DNA of 64,000 nucleotides from assembly GCA_041303615.1 (NCBI GenBank), contig JBFYOX010000003.1:1333-65332 (forward strand), read 5' to 3'. This DNA comes from Actinomycetes bacterium. Its GTDB lineage: Bacteria; Actinomycetota; Actinomycetes; Nanopelagicales; Nanopelagicaceae. A program made the position numbers and the translations under genes. The notes beneath the pieces are model-generated. The model had not been told where the DNA came from, ran no database searches, and saw nothing but the letters and a program-made list of their open reading frames with translations. Shown in pieces: positions 60,903-64,000 of this stretch. How positions within the stretch are numbered: the stretch's first letter is position 1; the number at the start of each line of letters is the position of its first letter.

Positions 60903-61901
60903 TTATTCGTAAAGGTTTCCAGCGATTTCTGGCTTGTTGATGTTCTTCTTATCGTAGTAGTAGAAACCAGTGTCGATAAGGTTCTTTGGAACTGTCTTGT
61001 TACGTACGTAGTTAACAAGAGCTTCTACAGTCTTAGCACCGATACCCATTGGGCTCTGTGTGATAGCACCAGTCTGAAGACCAGACTTAATGTTTGCCAT
61101 CTGCTGCTTTCCTGAGTCGAAGCCAATCAACTTGACTGCGCCCTTCTTCAACTTAGCTGCCTTGAATGCCTGGCCAGCTCCGATTGAAACACCTTCGTTA
61201 GTTCCGTAGACACCCTTGAGGTCCTTGTTAGCAACAAGTGCTGCGCTAACGATTTCCTGTGCCTTTAGAGCATCTCCACCTTCAGCGTACTGAACTGTGA
61301 GGAGCTTGATCTTCTTGTACTTCTTCTTCATGCGGTCTGTGAAGCCCTTTGCACGATCGATACCTGTCTGGTTTGTCTGTGAGTGACCAACAACCAAAAC
61401 CTTACCCTTGTTACCGATTGACTTAGCCATCCAGTCAGCAGCAAGTGCACCTGCAGCCAAGCTGTTTGTGTATGCAACGCCTAGTGCGCAATCAGACTTT
61501 GGTCCCAATGCTGGAACTCCACCTGGGCACTCAGCAGCTGTATCGAACATGTAAACAGGAATTCCTGCATCCTTAGCAGCCTTGAGCTTTGGAAGTGACT
61601 GTGTTGTACCAAGTGCTGCGTAACCGATTGCATCTGGCTTAAGTGCAATTGCTGCATCAAGCATTTCGAGTTGCTTATCGATCATTGTTTCTGCTGCTGG
61701 CCCAATGAAGTGAACTTCTGCGTTCATCTTCTTAGCCTGATCTTCAGCACCCTTCTTTACTGCCTGCCAAAACTGGTGTGTTTCGCCCTTTGAGATCAAT
61801 TCGATCTTAAGAGTCTTGTCTGCAGCCTGAACTGGAGAGTTAACGCCAGCTACAAGTGCCAGAGCTGCTACTGCAGCTACTGAAAGTAGACCTTTCTTCA
61901 T
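60903..61901 (-). CDS. Sugar ABC transporter substrate-binding protein (RbsB-like)
   Basis: SKG..HQFWQAVKKGA, DRAKGF, TNEG, IGFDSG, ITQSP..IG motifs; signal peptide ending PVQA; GAAAGGA SD. Confidence 0.93.
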   Translation of the reverse strand: MKKGLLSVAAVAALALVAGVNSPVQAADKTLKIELISKGETHQFWQAVKKGAEDQAKKMNAEVHFIGPAAETMIDKQLEMLDAAIALKPDAIGYAALGTTQSLPKLKAAKDAGIPVYMFDTAAECPGGVPALGPKSDCALGVAYTNSLAAGALAADWMAKSIGNKGKVLVVGHSQTNQTGIDRAKGFTDRMKKKYKKIKLLTVQYAEGGDALKAQEIVSAALVANKDLKGVYGTNEGVSIGAGQAFKAAKLKKGAVKLIGFDSGKQQMANIKSGLQTGAITQSPMGIGAKTVEALVNYVRNKTVPKNLIDTGFYYYDKKNINKPEIAGNLYE

Positions 61902-61939
61902 GTGTTTCCTTTCAAAAGCAGCCGAATTGCTGTGTCCGT

Positions 61940-61969
61940 AATCTAGGTCTAATGACTAGGTACTCGCAA
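61940..61969 (-). promoter_or_regulatory. Putative housekeeping-sigma promoter of the sugar ABC operon
   Basis: Minus strand TTGCGA-18 nt-TAGATT, about 40 nt upstream of the SBP start. Confidence 0.55.
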
Positions 61970-62017
61970 GGTTTATTGGACTTTTTTAGGGTGAGAAAGG
62001 GTTAAAAAGAGTGATTG

Positions 62018-62869
62018 TTATTGATTTGTTACCTTGTACTTCGAACTAGCGTGGCCACCCCAGAAGCTCTTCTTCTCACCCTCGGATAATTGAGATGTCA
62101 GGGCTTCCGCAAGGCTTACAACATCCGAATAACTCTGAGTCGCCAAGAGAGCAACCGGCCAATCTGATCCAAACATTATTCGTTGTGGAGTGAAGGTCTC
62201 AATGATGTGATCGACATACGGTGTGAAATCTAAGTTCTTCCAATTGTTCCACTTGGCTTCCGTAACCATTCCTGAAATCTTGCAAGAAACATTTTCAAAG
62301 GTGGCAAGTTCAGTAATCAATGATTTCCATGGCTCGATATCGCCCTTAGCAATGTAAGGCTTTGAAATATGATCAAGAATAAATTGCACATCAGGACATG
62401 CACGTACTAATTCGATAGCTGCCCGAAGCTCTGGAGTCTTTGTGAGAATGTCGTATGTCAGTCCAATCTTGCCAAGCCCCTGAACGGTCTTGATTGATTG
62501 TGGTCTAGATAAATAATTAGAATCAGGTAAATCTTGGGCAACATCACGAATACCTTTTAAGTAGCTGCCACCAGTTGCTTCCAAGTACTTCTCGCAGACA
62601 TTAATCGCATCTGGTGAATCAATATTCACCCAACCAACAACCCCAATGATTGTGGGATCGATTGCTGCCAATTCAAGCATCTCGAAGGTCTCGTCATGAG
62701 TTGACGTCGCGTGGACCAAGATAGTTCTTTCGATTCCGGTGCCAGCAATGGCAGAACGTAAATCATTTACGTCGAAGTTGCGGCGAACGGCGTCCATGTT
62801 CTCGCCAACCATCCATTCCTGTGGACGAATTGAGAGATCCCAGAGGTGGTGGTGTGAATCGATTTTCAT
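62018..62869 (-). CDS. Amidohydrolase family sugar lactonase (L-fuconolactonase-like)
   Basis: IDSHHHLW, GVVGW, LDHISKP, CKISG, RIMFGSDWPV. Confidence 0.85.
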   Translation of the reverse strand: MKIDSHHHLWDLSIRPQEWMVGENMDAVRRNFDVNDLRSAIAGTGIERTILVHATSTHDETFEMLELAAIDPTIIGVVGWVNIDSPDAINVCEKYLEATGGSYLKGIRDVAQDLPDSNYLSRPQSIKTVQGLGKIGLTYDILTKTPELRAAIELVRACPDVQFILDHISKPYIAKGDIEPWKSLITELATFENVSCKISGMVTEAKWNNWKNLDFTPYVDHIIETFTPQRIMFGSDWPVALLATQSYSDVVSLAEALTSQLSEGEKKSFWGGHASSKYKVTNQ

Positions 62870-62878
62870 TTGTGAAAT

Positions 62879-63781
62879 CTAGCCCTGGGCCACCACATGT
62901 TCAAGAGGCTTGCCCTGAGAAAGTAATTGCAACTGGGATTCAATTAACTTACGTCCGCGTGGTTCAAAGGCCTCAGAATTTCCGCCAACGTGCGGGACAA
63001 GAATCAGGTTCGGCGCCTTCCATAGTGGGTGGCCCGCGGGAAGTGGCTCGGGGTCAGTTACATCAAGGGCTGCATATATGCGCTTTGAATTAAGTTCTGC
63101 AACCAACGCATCAGTGACTACAACAGGTCCTCGAGCCATGTTGATCAGTAGAGCCCCATCCTTCATCTTTGAAAAACGGCTCGCATCGAACATCTGTCGG
63201 GATGAATCAGAGAGGGGGAGAATCAAAATGACGATATCGAGTAAGGGCAGATGCGCATCAAGCTCTTCAACTTTATGGGTTCCATCGCGACCAGATTGAG
63301 TAAATGCGGTGATCTCAACATCAAAGACAGATAATTTGCGTGCTATCTCTTTACCAATCGAACCAAAACCTACGATGCCCACTTTGCTATCTGAGAGCGC
63401 CGGAAAACGTCGGTGGTCCCAGATCTCTTCCATCTGCTCTTTCATAAATTCAGCAAAACCTCGTCGCGATGCAATGGCAAGACCAACAGCTAACTCGGCA
63501 GTCGATGCATCATGTACGCCTGCTGCATTACAAAGAGTTACCCCAGGGCGAAGATGCGCGAGTGCGTCGTCATACCCAGCATTGGGCATCTGCAAAGTTT
63601 TTAGGTTTGTCATCTGCGCTACATATGAAAGGCCTTTTGCGCCGGTCATATAAGTCGGAACATAGAAATCAATCTGCGATAAGTCAGAGGAATCTAAAGG
63701 AAAGTTTTCGGGGGAGAGCAGCGTAACTCCGGGTGGCACGGATAAATCAGACCACTGAGTCCAGACCTTTATCTCTGACAT
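62879..63781 (-). CDS. D-isomer-specific 2-hydroxyacid dehydrogenase
   Basis: GIVGFGSIG, INMARG, ALDVTDPEPLP..HPLW, PHVGG. Confidence 0.9.
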   Translation of the reverse strand: MSEIKVWTQWSDLSVPPGVTLLSPENFPLDSSDLSQIDFYVPTYMTGAKGLSYVAQMTNLKTLQMPNAGYDDALAHLRPGVTLCNAAGVHDASTAELAVGLAIASRRGFAEFMKEQMEEIWDHRRFPALSDSKVGIVGFGSIGKEIARKLSVFDVEITAFTQSGRDGTHKVEELDAHLPLLDIVILILPLSDSSRQMFDASRFSKMKDGALLINMARGPVVVTDALVAELNSKRIYAALDVTDPEPLPAGHPLWKAPNLILVPHVGGNSEAFEPRGRKLIESQLQLLSQGKPLEHVVAQG

Positions 63782-64000
63782 TTAATTCACTCTCTCTGGA
63801 ATTACTTCAACAACGTTGGAAAGTAGACCCACGCCAGCGACATCAATTTCTACGATGTCGCCTGCCGCAAGCGCAATATCCATCGGAGGAACGATCCCTG
63901 TTCCGGTTGAAAGAATAACTCCATGAGGAAAATCTTGACAGCGGAAGAGGTAATCAACGAGATCTTTAAGGGTTCTGTTGAGCTGCCCTAATGAAGTCTG
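63782..64000 (-). CDS. Fumarylacetoacetate hydrolase family protein, C-terminal part (2-keto-3-deoxy sugar acid dehydratase-like); truncated by window edge
   Basis: Not in the ORF track. My translation: QTSLGQLNRTLKDLVDYLFRCQDFPHGVILSTGTGIVPPMDIALAAGDIVEIDVAGVGLLSNVVEV..*. Confidence 0.8.
   Translation of the reverse strand, partial: QTSLGQLNRTLKDLVDYLFRCQDFPHGVILSTGTGIVPPMDIALAAGDIVEIDVAGVGLLSNVVEVIPERVN

Noticed and set aside
1-64000. CRISPR arrays, rRNA, transposases, defence or toxin-antitoxin genes, known riboswitches
   Set aside because: None recognisable; intergenic gaps are all under about 170 bp, and nearly every long ORF has a housekeeping assignment.

Overview
Gene-dense, roughly 45-50% GC (visual estimate) chromosomal segment of an actinobacterium with a streamlined genome. 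Short intergenic gaps, pervasive stop/start overlaps and actinobacterial protein families at moderate GC suggest a freshwater acI/Nanopelagicales (Planktophila-like) organism; this is an inference. Contents in order: ftsH 3' end; folEPBK; panC-nadB-nadC-coaX; lysS-argA; clpC; FAD oxidase-mutY-radA; a Cys-rich hypothetical; proC; two convergent secreted beta-propeller-like proteins (one with an HExxH metallopeptidase and FN3 domain); glutaredoxin; an XPB helicase operon; a HAD hydrolase; system II cytochrome c maturation; the classical menaquinone pathway; bioY; complete nuoA-N; polyprenyl synthase; rarD; yajQ; tRNA-Tyr; MFS-msrB; and a sugar ABC transporter with non-phosphorylative catabolic enzymes running off the right edge. 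I see no CRISPR array, rRNA, integrase or transposase. Most of the window is housekeeping, and I cannot claim a clearly new system. The best leads are: (i) menA apparently starting at a non-canonical ATT codon; (ii) heme-biosynthesis genes absent from an otherwise syntenic block that keeps heme attachment; (iii) the XPB + Helicase_C_3/WYL partner + M20 peptidase operon; (iv) the secreted metallopeptidase/propeller pair; (v) a lipobox-less, lysine-rich sugar-binding protein; (vi) many leaderless and bidirectional promoters.
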